A stretch of DNA of 64,000 nucleotides. It comes from Chrysomallon squamiferum (Eukaryota > Animalia > Mollusca). Positions 1 to 11,354 of the stretch are shown here, piece after piece. Each line of letters opens with the position of its first letter. Within the stretch, counting starts at the first letter, position 1. Made by a program: the position numbers and the translations under genes. The stretch is taken from positions 10,540,001 to 10,604,000 of the forward strand of contig CM022671.1 in assembly GCA_012295275.1 (NCBI GenBank), read 5' to 3'. The notes below the pieces were generated by a model. That model worked only from the letters and a program-made list of their open reading frames with translations, did not search any database and was not told where the DNA came from.

Positions 1-127
1 ACTATATGTGAAAATACATTTAAATAATAATAATAATAATAATTACAGAAATGTAACGCATGTCAACATGAAATTCCCTGCTGGAATCTGATTCATGTGA
101 TAATAACTCTTACTTTTGCAATTAACT

Positions 128-740
128 TTATTTGATTTTAAAAGAAAAAATTTGTTTTCTGTTAAGATAATGCAGTATTTCTTTAACAGTTTCATGTCTG
201 TATAAAAATAAATTTGGATATTTAGGAATACACTTATTAGTTAAAATACCTTTTGCTACAGCACAAACACATACTCTTCAGCTACTGGTATCAGATTGTG
301 TGGGAAAACCTGGCATTTCAGAGTAATTAACAAAAAAACACAGAGTGGTATTTAATGGTTTTCCATAATACATCTTATGTTCCAACATTAAATACCTGAA
401 CATATGAAAAATGATTTCATTATTTTTGCTCCCAAATGAATTGCAGTAGCTCAGTACTTTTTTAGATATGTCTACTACTATTATGTCCAATGAGTGTTTC
501 TTTCATTCAAAGGTACAACAACATATTTATAATCAAACCATCTTTTACTTTTACTTTCTGCAACGTGAAATGTCCATCTAGGTTGATCTCTATCACCATT
601 AACTAAAATCTTCTGACTGAACCAACCACATTCTACCATGTGATTATTTTGATTTTTCAGTTGTTTTTATAGTACAGACATGAATACATTAATGTGGCTA
701 CTATTAAGGCAGCAATCATGTTGAAGAATATTGTTTAAGA
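128..740 (-). pseudogene. Ulp1/SENP-like (peptidase C48) domain of the transposon ORF
   Basis: CLNSSHINVFM ... KYVVVPLNERNTHW [frameshift] IIVVDISKKVLSYCNSFG ... FPTQSDTSS*RVCVCAVAK ... YRHETVKEI; matches the His / Gln-x-Asp-x-x-x-Cys-Gly layout; catalytic Cys position is now TGA (278-280). Confidence 0.8.
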
Positions 741-879
741 AATCTGCATTTACTGTTCTACCATCAATTTCAGTGCTAACAACATATTCCAGTGTTTGCT
801 TCTTTATTGGATTATAATCAGTGAGGAGCTCTGTTTGTTTCTTAATCAATTTTTTCTTACTAAAATGTAAGGTCTCTGA

Positions 880-1625
880 TGATACTCTGTTTATTATATT
901 TTTGTTGTAAAATAATAACAGTGATCTGCATGTTTGTAAATCTGTTACATTTATGTCATTTACAGGTTTCATTTCACCATTTTTTACTTCCATTTTTAGT
1001 AAACTGTCACCATCACAACAAACAAGAATCCATTCTCCATTCTTTTCTGCCACAAGTGAATTTATCTTATATGATGTTCCATCAACAATTGTGGCAGTCT
1101 TGACATCATGTAATGCTATTTGGTTAATCGCCTTGTGTCTAACACTTGTACAATCTGATATATTAACAATTAAAGTCTTTGGTAAACTTGTTACAAACAC
1201 AAGAAAACTGTTTTCATATCGTGCACAATTACCTTCATCATGTTTATTTGCTCTCATATGTTTAGTGACTTCCTGATTAGAAATGTTTCAACTTGAACGG
1301 TGAAAACAGTGTCAGAACATACATACTTTTCATTACATTTATAATAGTTCAAACCAAGTGTTTCAAAATTCTCTGCAATAGTCAGTTTATATGGTTTAAA
1401 TACAAGTATAAAAATTCACATGGGTTTATAACACTGAAATGTTTTTCCTATTTTTCTATTTTGTGCCAAATATTTATTTTGATGTCCTTTTCTATTTTCT
1501 TGGTGTATTTATCAGATACAAACACTGAATTATCCTGGAACTAGAACAAATATTGCTATTTTTTAAAGCCTTGAAACCATTGCTTATGCACAATGCATTA
1601 ATAACAGATTCAGTATATAATGGCA
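880..1625 (-). pseudogene. Second, degenerate USP-fold-like domain
   Basis: Motifs in USP order: LYTESVINALC (Cys-box-like, no catalytic Cys), NPCEFLYLYLNHI (QQDAxEFL-like), YYKC, FVTSLPKTLIVNI, SYKINSLV, SLLLFY. Confidence 0.5.
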
Positions 1626-1629
1626 AATG

Positions 1630-2400
1630 TTTGTCTACTCTCTCACAGAATAACATGTAGCATGTATGATTAAAGTTGTCAGTTGAAAAAGACAGAGAAT
1701 TATCATCACATGAAACAAACTGATGTTCAATAAGTGTGGTATAGCGACCTCCGTGACAGGAATCTCCATGATGACAGACAATACTCTTCAGCTGATATTG
1801 AATTTCTGCTTTTTCTGCATTTTTACTCTGATCGTTACATTTTATGAACAAATTGTGAGGAATATGAATATAATTTGAATTTTTTCTCACTGTCTCTGAT
1901 TTAATAGAATTGTCAAATAACTGTTGCACAGAACTGTGGCCCATTGCATCAAGGTGACATGTTATGAAATGCTCATAATTATTCTCACTGAATGTTGTTG
2001 AGCTACACTGTAAACAAATATGTTTGTGTTGCAAAATAATACTACCTTGAACCCTTTCAGTTAGAGTGCCAATACTTTTAGTAAACAACTCATTAGCATC
2101 TTGCTGACTATTAATATTTGTTCTCATTGCATAAGCAACATTTACTATTGCATTGTGAAAATAACATCTGGTACCTCTTTGCAATGTTTATTTTCATCTT
2201 TCAAATTTTTCAGTATTTCCATCACACTTTCTTCTGCTCTCTGAAGTGGTAATTTTACATTATTATCAGAATATACAGTTACAGGCTGACATTTATTTTC
2301 ATAAAGAATTAAACATGCTAAATCACTTGCTGCTAGGGCTTGCATCACTGCATTAAACCAGCAGGTGTTGCCAAAATTCTTCATAGGTCTGCAGATGAAT
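1630..2400 (-). pseudogene. USP/UBP (peptidase C19) deubiquitinase domain of the transposon ORF
   Basis: Cys box PMKNFGNTCWFNAVMQAL, QQDANELF, ICLQC, His box YQLKSIVCHHGDSCHGG(R)YTT, CDD, CYMLFCER; one frameshift near 2150-2185; catalytic His position reads CGC (Arg). Confidence 0.88.
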
Positions 2401-3519
2401 CCTAAATCAGTGAGATCTTGGTCAACAGTTTTTACATTTTTCTCATGACTATAATGCACACTTTTGAAGCAGTGATCATACACTAGACTGGATTTGTTCC
2501 ATATTTTAGTGGTATTGTATGTTGTTTCAATTTTATTTTTGGGAGCTTGCTGAAAAGTACCTTTCTTCTTAAAATTATCAGGTTACTGTTTTGATATGGC
2601 CCACATTTCTGATTTTGTTTTTTGCCAATTGATTTCTTTATCTTCCTTAAATATTTGTTCACTTTCATACAATCTACAGCTGCCAATTTTTGCACTGAAA
2701 CAGTTAGATTATGCAATTTTTCTGAAAAATCACCCAGTCTGTATTGGGTTCTGCCTTGCAGTCCAATCTGCTTCAGAAAGTTGTTTTCATCTGCTCATGA
2801 ATAAAGTTTTTACTACTGGGAATTTCTGTTGCAGATTTTTCAGTATGTGCTACGTTTGTCAAAAATATATTGGACCATAATGGCAAACTTGGCAACAATT
2901 TCTTTTATAAGTATTGAAGAAATACTTCTGAAAAATACGGATTGACATTACTATTTTCATGATATTTATATGCCAGGTAAGTTTTCTTAATATTTTAAAA
3001 GGAGAAGTTTCAGCTAAATTAAGAAATTCTTCCTCTGTATAGTAACCAGGTTGCAACATTTTCATGTCTTCTTGTTCAAAATCGGTGCTGCCCAACCTTT
3101 TCCGAACATGGGCCGGATTTAAGAAAAAACGATGCCAATGGGCTGGACTCACATTTCTAGCCTTTCATTTTTTAATACAGCTACTTGAAATGGTTTGAAA
3201 AAGTAGTCAGAACTGAAAACATTGATTCTATTATTCTATTTATAGAAATTATCCATTATACAATTATAATTCATAACTCAATTTAAACGTAGGGGTCCTA
3301 CATATGATACTATTTCTATTACTTCTTCACTGCTATCAAAATATTATAGTCTCCAAATATTCTGTGAATACGAAATGATCATTAAAATTTTGATTTAGAA
3401 CCTTACATTCTATAAAACAAATTTAACAATTGATCAAGATTAAAAAAACATTTGTATTTCAATAATAAAACAATTTTATTTAGATGTATACCGGTAATGA
3501 ATGAAAACATCAGTGAGAA

Positions 3520-5316
3520 ACTTGAAATTGTTTCGAGTCATCAAGAAGCTTTTCAATGTCTGCCGGAATATTTGTTAAGGCCAGTCGGAGTTCATCTTCG
3601 AGGTGAGCATCACTCAAAGAATTTCATTTGTTCGATTTTACCAGTAGCATGCGACTGAAGAGGTATTCACATATCCATGTCGAACCGAACAAAGCAAGTA
3701 AGCGTTTTGAGTAGCAAGTAAGATTTGGATATTGAGTGTGAGGCAGACCGAATTTGTAGAAGTCCATCAGATTCCTATTTAAAAACTGACTCTTGACAGT
3801 CACTTTGTAATTCATTCAGTTCCATTTGAAGCTCAACGGGGGCATCAGCAGGATCCACCTGATCTCGGTAAAGTAAGGAATGCCAGAAAATTCAGCATTT
3901 ATCTCATCGAGAAAATTTCAAAACTGTCGATGATTTAATGCACGACTCCGAATGAAGTTGACTGCTTTCATTATCCATGACGTGATCAAACTTAATGATT
4001 TTGGAGCAAAGTGATTCCTGAGGTATAATGCAATGATACCACAATATTTGGTCTTTACTCACATTCAGGGATTCCAGTTTTCTTTGGATGAAACCACGCA
4101 AGCCTTGTTCACAAAAATCGCCAGTTGTGGTGTATCAGTCATGTCAGCAGATTCGTCGATGGTAATGCTGTAAGTTTCCAAGTTTTTACAAAGTTCGTTC
4201 AACTGCATTTTCGTATTTTCAGCCAGTTCTTCAGTCCTTTGGATTATTGTATTACGAGACAAGCTAACACATTTTACAGCTTTCTCTTTCTCTGGGCACA
4301 GAATTTCAATCACAGAGGTGATACATTCTTTGACAAAGTCTCATTCCGAAAAAGGTTTCATGTTGCGTGCAATCTTTTCAGCAATGACGAAACTTACTTT
4401 GGTGTATTTTTTCGATCCATCATCTATTTTCCAAAAAATATTCTGTTGCGAGACTAAATTCCTTTGAAGTAAAAGTACTTTCTCCTTGTGTTGATCTCCT
4501 TCATAATGATTTTGGGTCGAAGTGTGCTTTAATGTGTAATGCCGTTTCACATTTTCAACGTTTGGAACTGTGACTGTTTCACCACAGATTAGACAGAGAC
4601 ATTTGATTCCATGAAGAAATACAAATTTGTCCACGCCTCATTAAACCTGCAATTCTCGTTAAACCTGCGATTCTGCTCCTTAAACCTGCGATTCTGCTCG
4701 TTAAACCTGCGATTCTCCTCGTTAAACCTGCGATTCTTCTTGTTAAACCTGCGATTCTGCTGCTTAAACCTGCAATTCTCCTGGTTAAACCTGCGATTCT
4801 CCTTGTTAAACCTGCAATTCTGCTCCTTAAACCTGCAATTCTGCTCGTTAAACCTGCGATTCTGCCCTTAAACCTGCGATTCTCCTCGTTAAACCTGCGA
4901 TTCTGCTTGTTAAACCTGCGATTCTCCTCATTAAACCTGTGATTCTCCTTGTTAAACCTGCAATTCTGCTCCTTAAACCTGCAATTCTGCTCGTTAAACC
5001 TGTGATTCTGCTCCTTAAACCTGCGATTGTGCTCGTTAAACCTGCGATTGTGCTCGTTAAACCTGCGATTCTCCTCGTTAAACCTGCGATTCTCCTTGTT
5101 AAACCTGTGATTCTGCTCCTTAAACCTGCGATTCTGCTCCTTAAACCTGCAATTCTCGTTAAACCTGCGATTCTGCTCCTTAAACCTGTGATTCTGCTTG
5201 TTAAACCTGCAATTCTCCACGTTAAACCTGCGATTCTCCTTGTTAAACCTGTGATTCTCGTCGTTAAACCTGCGATTCTCCTCGTCTACTTTTCTCATTT
5301 TTCTAGCTGACACCAT
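3520..5316 (-). pseudogene. hAT transposase remnant
   Basis: RKVDEENRRF, CLCLICGE..KRHYTLKH zinc finger, KPFSE, SLSRNTI, YSITIDESADMTDTPQLAIFV, WYHCII, LALFGSTWICEYLFS dimerization motif; frameshifts and internal deletions. Confidence 0.93.
4641..5285. repeat. 21-bp tandem repeat, about 30 copies, inside the hAT transposase 5' coding region
   Basis: Unit ttaaacctgcgattctcctcg and variants; reads (E/K)(E/Q)NRRF(N/K) on the minus strand. Confidence 0.97.
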
Positions 5317-7739
5317 GGATGAACAAAATTTGAAATTTATTGTGAAAAAGAAACTACTGTAATTTGCTCATTGGTATAAGAAGGCTTCCGTATCAAAAGT
5401 TGAGCCTGAGTAAATTTGAAATTAAATCACCTCAAATGCCAGTTTTATTGATGCAGGAAATGTCACGTGATATTATTCCAAAATCACGATAGATTATTGT
5501 GGCATGCGCGCCCCAGTGGAAAATACTATAGACATTTCAATAAAAAACGTTCAGCTTTTTCTGTTGAAATATCTGTGGTAATTTGCCAGCAGTCCGTCTT
5601 CAACCAGCTGAGGTGAGTGCTCTGAGGCTTTTGAATGGACGACTGAATCAATCAATCGTACACTCTGTGATTCTTCACTTTTTATCAATTTTTGATGTCA
5701 GCAATCACACTATTTTTAGACCTAACGCTACTCCATTCTTCAAACTGAAAACTACTGATTAGTAGCCAATCATCATCGAAGAAAAATAACAGCATCTGTG
5801 TTAATGTTAAGGAATAAATTGAAGACCGACTAGCGGGCTGGATCCTAAGGCTTCATGGGCTGGACATTGGGCAGCACTGCTCAAAATTATATTCATCAAA
5901 ATCAGAAAATTCTTCTGAAAATGATGTTTCAAAAGAGTTGATTTTATGAATTAGTCTGTCTATAAAGTGTGCATTATAAAAATTTACACTTTATTCATGA
6001 AATGACTAGAGCATATGTGAACAGTAGTATTTTTGGCATTTGAAAAAACACTGCTGACTGATGATTTTCCATGTTTGATGTAAAAATTGATTCCATTATT
6101 AAAATGTAAAAGTGCTGCTAAGATAAAATCCATTGATTCATCACTAATTATAAGTTTAGGGCAGGAAACATTGTTATATCCAAATAGTTTCTTTTCAGCA
6201 TGTCTGAAATTACAAATCCAGTCTAACACTGTTGTTGGCAATGCTTGATTTTCACTAATCATAGCTGCAACAGGGATGCCCATCTTACCTTTTCTATGAT
6301 TTTTTTACAGCAAGTTCATAGTACAAGAACTGCTTACCATCTTCATTTTTACAAACAATGCTGCCTGTAGCATCCCAATACAAAGCAACTTTTTCTACTA
6401 AATTGTGTTACAATCTTAATCCCTCTTCTGACCAATACAGAACATAATTAGGCTTTAAACTAATTTGTTGAATGAAACCTATACCTGTATCAGATCTTTC
6501 CTTCATTTCTTTCATTAACAGCAAAAGACTTCTTATACAGTCATCTCTTCTTCCTAGATTCACAAGCAATTTGATGAAACACACTTGTGTCTTTTCCATA
6601 ACCACTGACATTTCCAGCTACAAGTGTGTTTGATTTAGCATTCTTAACACATTCTAAATACTGCTGCAAGGGTTTCTTACCACTAGCAAATATGTTTTTC
6701 CAATCTTCTCTGAGTTTTTTCCTCTGATAGGCCTATGATTCTCCTCTGTAATATCATGCTTAACATTACCTGAATAACTAACATGTACAATGTTCTGTTT
6801 ATACATTTTCAATCTGACATGTACAGAACAGTCTGCAAAAGTACAGCAAACAATCTATTTTTTTTTTTTTTTTTGCTAGCAGAAGTTACATGATGATGTT
6901 TAGACATGAAAACACAGTACAGATTGCTTTCTTTTAATCCTTCAACAAAAGCATCTTGCCATTTGCCATGCTCAAATTGTCTGCCTTTTCGTAATTTAAG
7001 TAAATTTTCCACTTTCCAGCTTCCAATTCAAATGTTGTCTGCATTGGAAGTTGGTATGTAAAATACTTCTCAGATATAGGGCAACCAAGTACTTCTTCCA
7101 TGGTAAGCCTTATCTAAAGATGAGGTGGATATAATTTCATCAGTGACTTTATTCTTAACATTATCCTCTGAGCTAAATTTTTCTCTATTTTCTGATATAC
7201 TATCTTCATCACCTTCTCCAGTGTTGCTATCACAATTAAGCTCTACTGTTTTACTACAATATTTCTTACAATCTTTCTGTTTAACATCAGCATGTAAAAA
7301 CTATCTCAGGTGCTACAATTACCCTTTTATCTTCATCACAGCAAACATTTACCTTCTTTTCATTACCTGTATCTTGACAAAATACCTTTTCCACTGGTCT
7401 TCTCTCTTCACAATATTTCTCTTTACAGTATTTTCCTTAACTGAGAATACAATATCTGCCATATATTTATTTTTGCTAGTACAAGAAAATGGATTGGACA
7501 AAAGTGACTTACCTTTAATGTTATATATCATTTTATCACACTCATTTATTCCACAAATGAATGTGATCTCCTCATCTCTTGTTCCTTTAGGGAAGCATGG
7601 AATTTTTAAACAACTGAAATGCTACCAAACTAAACACTTTTCACACTGAATCATTTTATTTTTACTCATACCATGACTTCTTGCAGATGCAATGTTCTTC
7701 ACTGCTTCTGTCCTTCATTTTGACATCAGATGTACAGGT

Positions 7740-8110
7740 ATCTTTCAACATGTTCCTAAAAACAAACTGTTTGACATTTCCTCTATTACGTGACCATACA
7801 ATATGTAACCTTTTTCTATTTTTTTGATTATTCTGCCAACCAAGATTTTCTGCAACCACACCATAAGGACCACTTGGTTGAAGATTCCTTTCATTTTCTG
7901 TTGTGCATTTACCTTTGAAATACTTACCTATAAGTTTGTAGTCATGACCAGAAATATTTTCATATTTACTTACTTCATGGTAGCTACAAATGCCACGAAC
8001 ATTACCCCAATTTTCCATCCACATTACATGCAGTTTCTTTCTATTCTTCAGATTATTTGCCATCTTCAATCTTTTTGTGGCTGTTCCTAGTGGACCATTG
8101 TCTTTGTACA
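7740..8110 (-). other. Duplicated N-terminal module of the MULE ORF, putative DNA-binding
   Basis: GPLGTATKRLKMANNLKNRKKLHVMWMENWGNVR and GPYGVVAENLGWQNNQKNRKRLHIVWSRNRGNVK align within ORF 7662-8162. Confidence 0.55.
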
Positions 8111-8484
8111 CGGACCGATTTTTTTTCTCCTGCACAAACTGACCTGTCTTTCTGTAGTCCAATTTATATCACGCTTTTTCTCATTTGAAATTTTCTTCCC
8201 TCCACGTTCATTAATGACATTCTGCAACACAACAGAAGTAGATTTGTATGGGGGAAAAAGAAAAGAAAAAGAAAGTGATATCCTTGACCATGATTTACAT
8301 TTAATACAGTCAGTTTTAATAAAATTCAACCTTTTCCTTTCCTGCAATCAAAGCTGCTCAGAACATAACTAATGTTATAATGGATAACAAATTTTTGTTT
8401 CAGTATTTGTCATGTCCTATAATGGATAATTTGAAGAAAATATTTCATCTGTATTTATTATATGTGGATCAAAATAATACTTAC

Positions 8485-8550
8485 CTTACTTCCATAAAAT
8501 ATAATCTTAGCCTGTGAACTGTATTTACTCCCAGATCAAGTTCCATCAGA
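8485..8550 (-). other. Candidate small exon upstream of the transposase ORF
   Basis: tgtttttcag acceptor and gtaag donor(s); one open frame LMELDLGVNTVHRLRLYFME; donor choice uncertain. Confidence 0.45.
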
Positions 8551-8844
8551 CTGAAAAACAAATTTATAATTTAACATGTTTGTTTCTAGGAAATGAGAAA
8601 CTTTAAGAAAAACAGAAACAATTGTTATACTGCTACACCCAGTAAAATGCACTAAAAAAGATATAAATAAATGAATGGCACTGAAGAATGTAAATGTTTT
8701 TCATAATTTTCTGTGTCAGTCTAAACATATGTATACAGTGATAGAATGAGAAATAAATGAATGGATGATAAAAGAATAAAATGAGATAGACAAATAGAAG
8801 CACACACACACACATACACAAAAGAACAAAAAAGCATTTTCCAC

Positions 8845-8887
<43 letters not shown>

Positions 8888-9978
8888 TGTATATTGTGAG
8901 AATGAACTAGTAAAGTGTGATGCTATATTGATAAGAAGCATTTTCTTTTAAGATACTAGAAACATAATAGATCTTTTAACAATACTCCATGGTATTAGTA
9001 AATCAAGTTTTGTTAATTGAAAAAAAAAATGATAGAACTTGTAAATTTTGGTTAGATTGAACTAAAACAATGGTTAAATAAATAATCCTTTCAAGCATTA
9101 ATTTGTAAATCACAAAACAACAACAACAACAATATATATATAAAAAAACCACTACAGTTTAAACCTGTACTTATCATAAAGTGTACATGAAATTGAATCA
9201 TATTTAATCAACATTAGAAAAAAACAATCATTAGAATAATTAAAAAAAAAAAAAATTACACAGACGTATCAAGACTAATATATTTCTGAAGTATAAACTT
9301 TAATATATATACTTTATTATTAATTTTGATTTGCAGGGGAAAAAAAAAAAATAATAATGAAAACATAAAGAAAAAAATAAAGGAAAAATAAATAATTTAA
9401 AAAACAGAAAAAACATAACTTGTAAGAATGTAAAATGTACATGATAGTTGTGTTCATATCAGCAAAGGACACTTTAACTATGAACGAATTCTTTAACTGA
9501 ACATTATCAGTTTTGTCTTGTAACCATGAACTAAATGATTTCGCATGATTTTGTAAATCACATGAAATTACTTATTTATTTCTGTGGTCATATTTATATA
9601 AAATGCTACACTATAGCAAAAGAACAGTCCCATCATAATTCTGAAGTAACCGATATGTGAAACATTTATCACTATGTTTTGGTTATTATGGTTAATTATA
9701 AAAAAAACATTAGCAAACTGAAATGAAGGTAAACAGTTGAAATTTTATAACAGTAAATGATTCAGTGTAACAAGTCTTTTGTTAATGATTTTATTACCCA
9801 TTTTGAACCATCACATCTTTCATTACTGGCTTCTGTCGATAGACTGTTTATCTGAGTAAAAGAACTGACTAAAGTATATACTGCTTACAAATGTAAAACA
9901 AAAGTTGTAAGTAGGTTTTAACTGAGTTTAATTGTGTATGGTGTGTGTGAATAGGAACAAGCATCAATATAATCTTAC

Positions 9979-10128
9979 CTGAGATTTTCTCTTCTTCACT
10001 TTTTCCCATAATGGGAAATCATTATCATAATCATCAGAGGTATCATCTTCTGGTGTAACTATCTCATAAACATTGTCATCAAAAACTTGCTCCTCTTCAC
10101 AAGTCTGATCTTCATCTGACATATCAGT
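9979..10128 (-). CDS. 150-nt acidic exon (TDMSDEDQ...WEKVKKRKSQ), product unknown
   Basis: atttcag acceptor, CAG|gtaag donor, open frame of 50 codons, ends in an NLS-like basic patch; identical copy at 62283-62432. Confidence 0.65.
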
Positions 10129-10611
10129 CTGAAATGTTATTAAAAATAAAACAAGATTGACAAAAAATATCCTTTATCACAGCAAAGTACATGAACACTG
10201 TTCTTCAATAAAAATCCATCTGTGGGTAAGGAATTTCAATAAATGACTGACATTTTCCACTTTTCATACACTGCAAAAATAAAGTGAAGAAATATCTGAA
10301 TTGCTACAACTTATTATAATATTACGAAAAAACCTGAGAAGCAAATGTGAAAGTTAAGAATGTGCCTATGATCTGCTCATGAAAAAGATAACAAATAGTA
10401 AAAATAATAGTTTATTCTAAAGTGGCAGTTCTGATATATCAGTTAGTGAGAACACATACACACCAATAAAGTTTATTAGAATTACTGATACATGTAAGAA
10501 CATAAACAGAAAGAACATTACCTGCACAAAATAATGCATCAAAAATGTTCAAGACTCTAATCTAAATTAAATTAAAAAAGGAAATAAACAGCGACTCTTG
10601 TAAAAACTTGC

Positions 10612-10666
10612 CTTATCATCTACAACAGGTTCCATGTGCAGTTGAGGCCAATCACTTTCAACATAG
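10612..10666 (-). CDS. Candidate 55-nt exon (YVESDWPQLHMEPVVDDK)
   Basis: ctcttttcag acceptor; donor is gcaag here but gtaag in the right copy. Confidence 0.5.
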
Positions 10667-10694
10667 CTGAAAAGAGCATAGATTAAAATATTGC

Positions 10695-11110
10695 AAAAGT
10701 CTATGCAGTTCCCAATACTACATACTAATATGGTTTATACCACATATAGAGATTTATGTCACAGCTTTTAGTTCTGTCTGCAAAAGGAAGATCAATGTTG
10801 CCAATGACGACTTACAGCAACACCCCAACTGAAACCCCTGTTGCTCTTAAACCAAATTTCATGGCACAAATGTCTGTGCAGTTCCTAATACTAGGTACTA
10901 ATATGGTTTAAGCCACATGTAGAGATTTATGTTTAGTTTTGTCTGCAAAAAGAAGGTCAGTAATGCCAATGACAACTTACAGGTACACACTCTGGAAAAC
11001 ACCCCAATGCCCTTAAACCCAGTTTGTTGATGCACATGTCCATTCATTTTCTAAATGTGCTCTTATTATGGATTAGACAATATATAGTTATTTATGTTAT
11101 AGCATTTAAT
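10695..11110. repeat. Diverged ~170-bp tandem repeat, 2-3 copies
   Basis: gtct(a/g)tgcagttcc.aatacta..tactaatatggttta..ccacat.tagagatttatg recurs near 10699 and 10872; weaker third copy; mirrored near 61300-61712. Confidence 0.7.
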
Positions 11111-11291
11111 TATCTGTTGGCCACAATCGAAGTGGTTTATGCAGTCCATTTATAGAAGCATCCCTAATAGTTAAGACCTGTGTTGTTAAATATATTTTCA
11201 ATAGCCAGACATAAGGTTATGATCCACTATTTGAAATAGGATTAACTTTAAACTTACGTGAATAGCTTTGATTTTTTAAATAGATTCTTAC

Positions 11292-11354
11292 TGTTAACAG
11301 ACTTCTGCTGCCATCTCTTTCTAACAACCAGTCTCGAAAAGGAACGACTGGAAT
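11292..11354 (-). CDS. Candidate 63-nt exon (IPVVPFRDWLLERDGSRSLLT)
   Basis: tcttattttcag acceptor, gtaag donor, GC-richer than flanks; phase does not fit the next exon cleanly. Confidence 0.5.

Larger units (their letters stand above)
3083..5879 (-). mobile_element. hAT DNA transposon (Charlie/SPIN/GTF2IRD2-like), defective
   Basis: TIRs cggtgctgcccaa (3083) and ttgggcagcactg (ends 5879), 12/13 match; flanking 8-mers ttcaaaat (3075-3082) and ctcaaaat (5880-5887); empty site in the paralogous copy at 63588-63595. Confidence 0.95.
128..8341 (-). pseudogene. Decayed Mutator/MULE (NOF-FB-like) transposase polyprotein: N-terminal repeats - DDE transposase - USP - USP-like - Ulp1; interrupted by a hAT insertion
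   Basis: Colinear minus-strand ORF fragments with many stops and frameshifts: LYWDATGS (Asp at 6372-6374), FLYYELAV, IPVAAMISE, PKLIISDESM (Asp at 6140-6142), HICSSHF (CxxH), NPYFSE..LPSLPLWS, then protease motifs; terminal stop at 128-130; candidate acceptor ttgcag just above 8341. Confidence 0.8.

Noticed and set aside
1-127. Terminal inverted repeat of the MULE element
   Set aside because: No matching end could be identified; termini probably lie outside the window or in the gaps
1492-2483. Stand-alone cellular USP gene
   Set aside because: Frameshifted, intronless, and colinear with the transposase and Ulp1 fragments
4611-5310. Plus-strand repetitive ORFs (LLVKPAI, SLNLRF)
   Set aside because: Alternative frames of the stop-free 21-bp repeat
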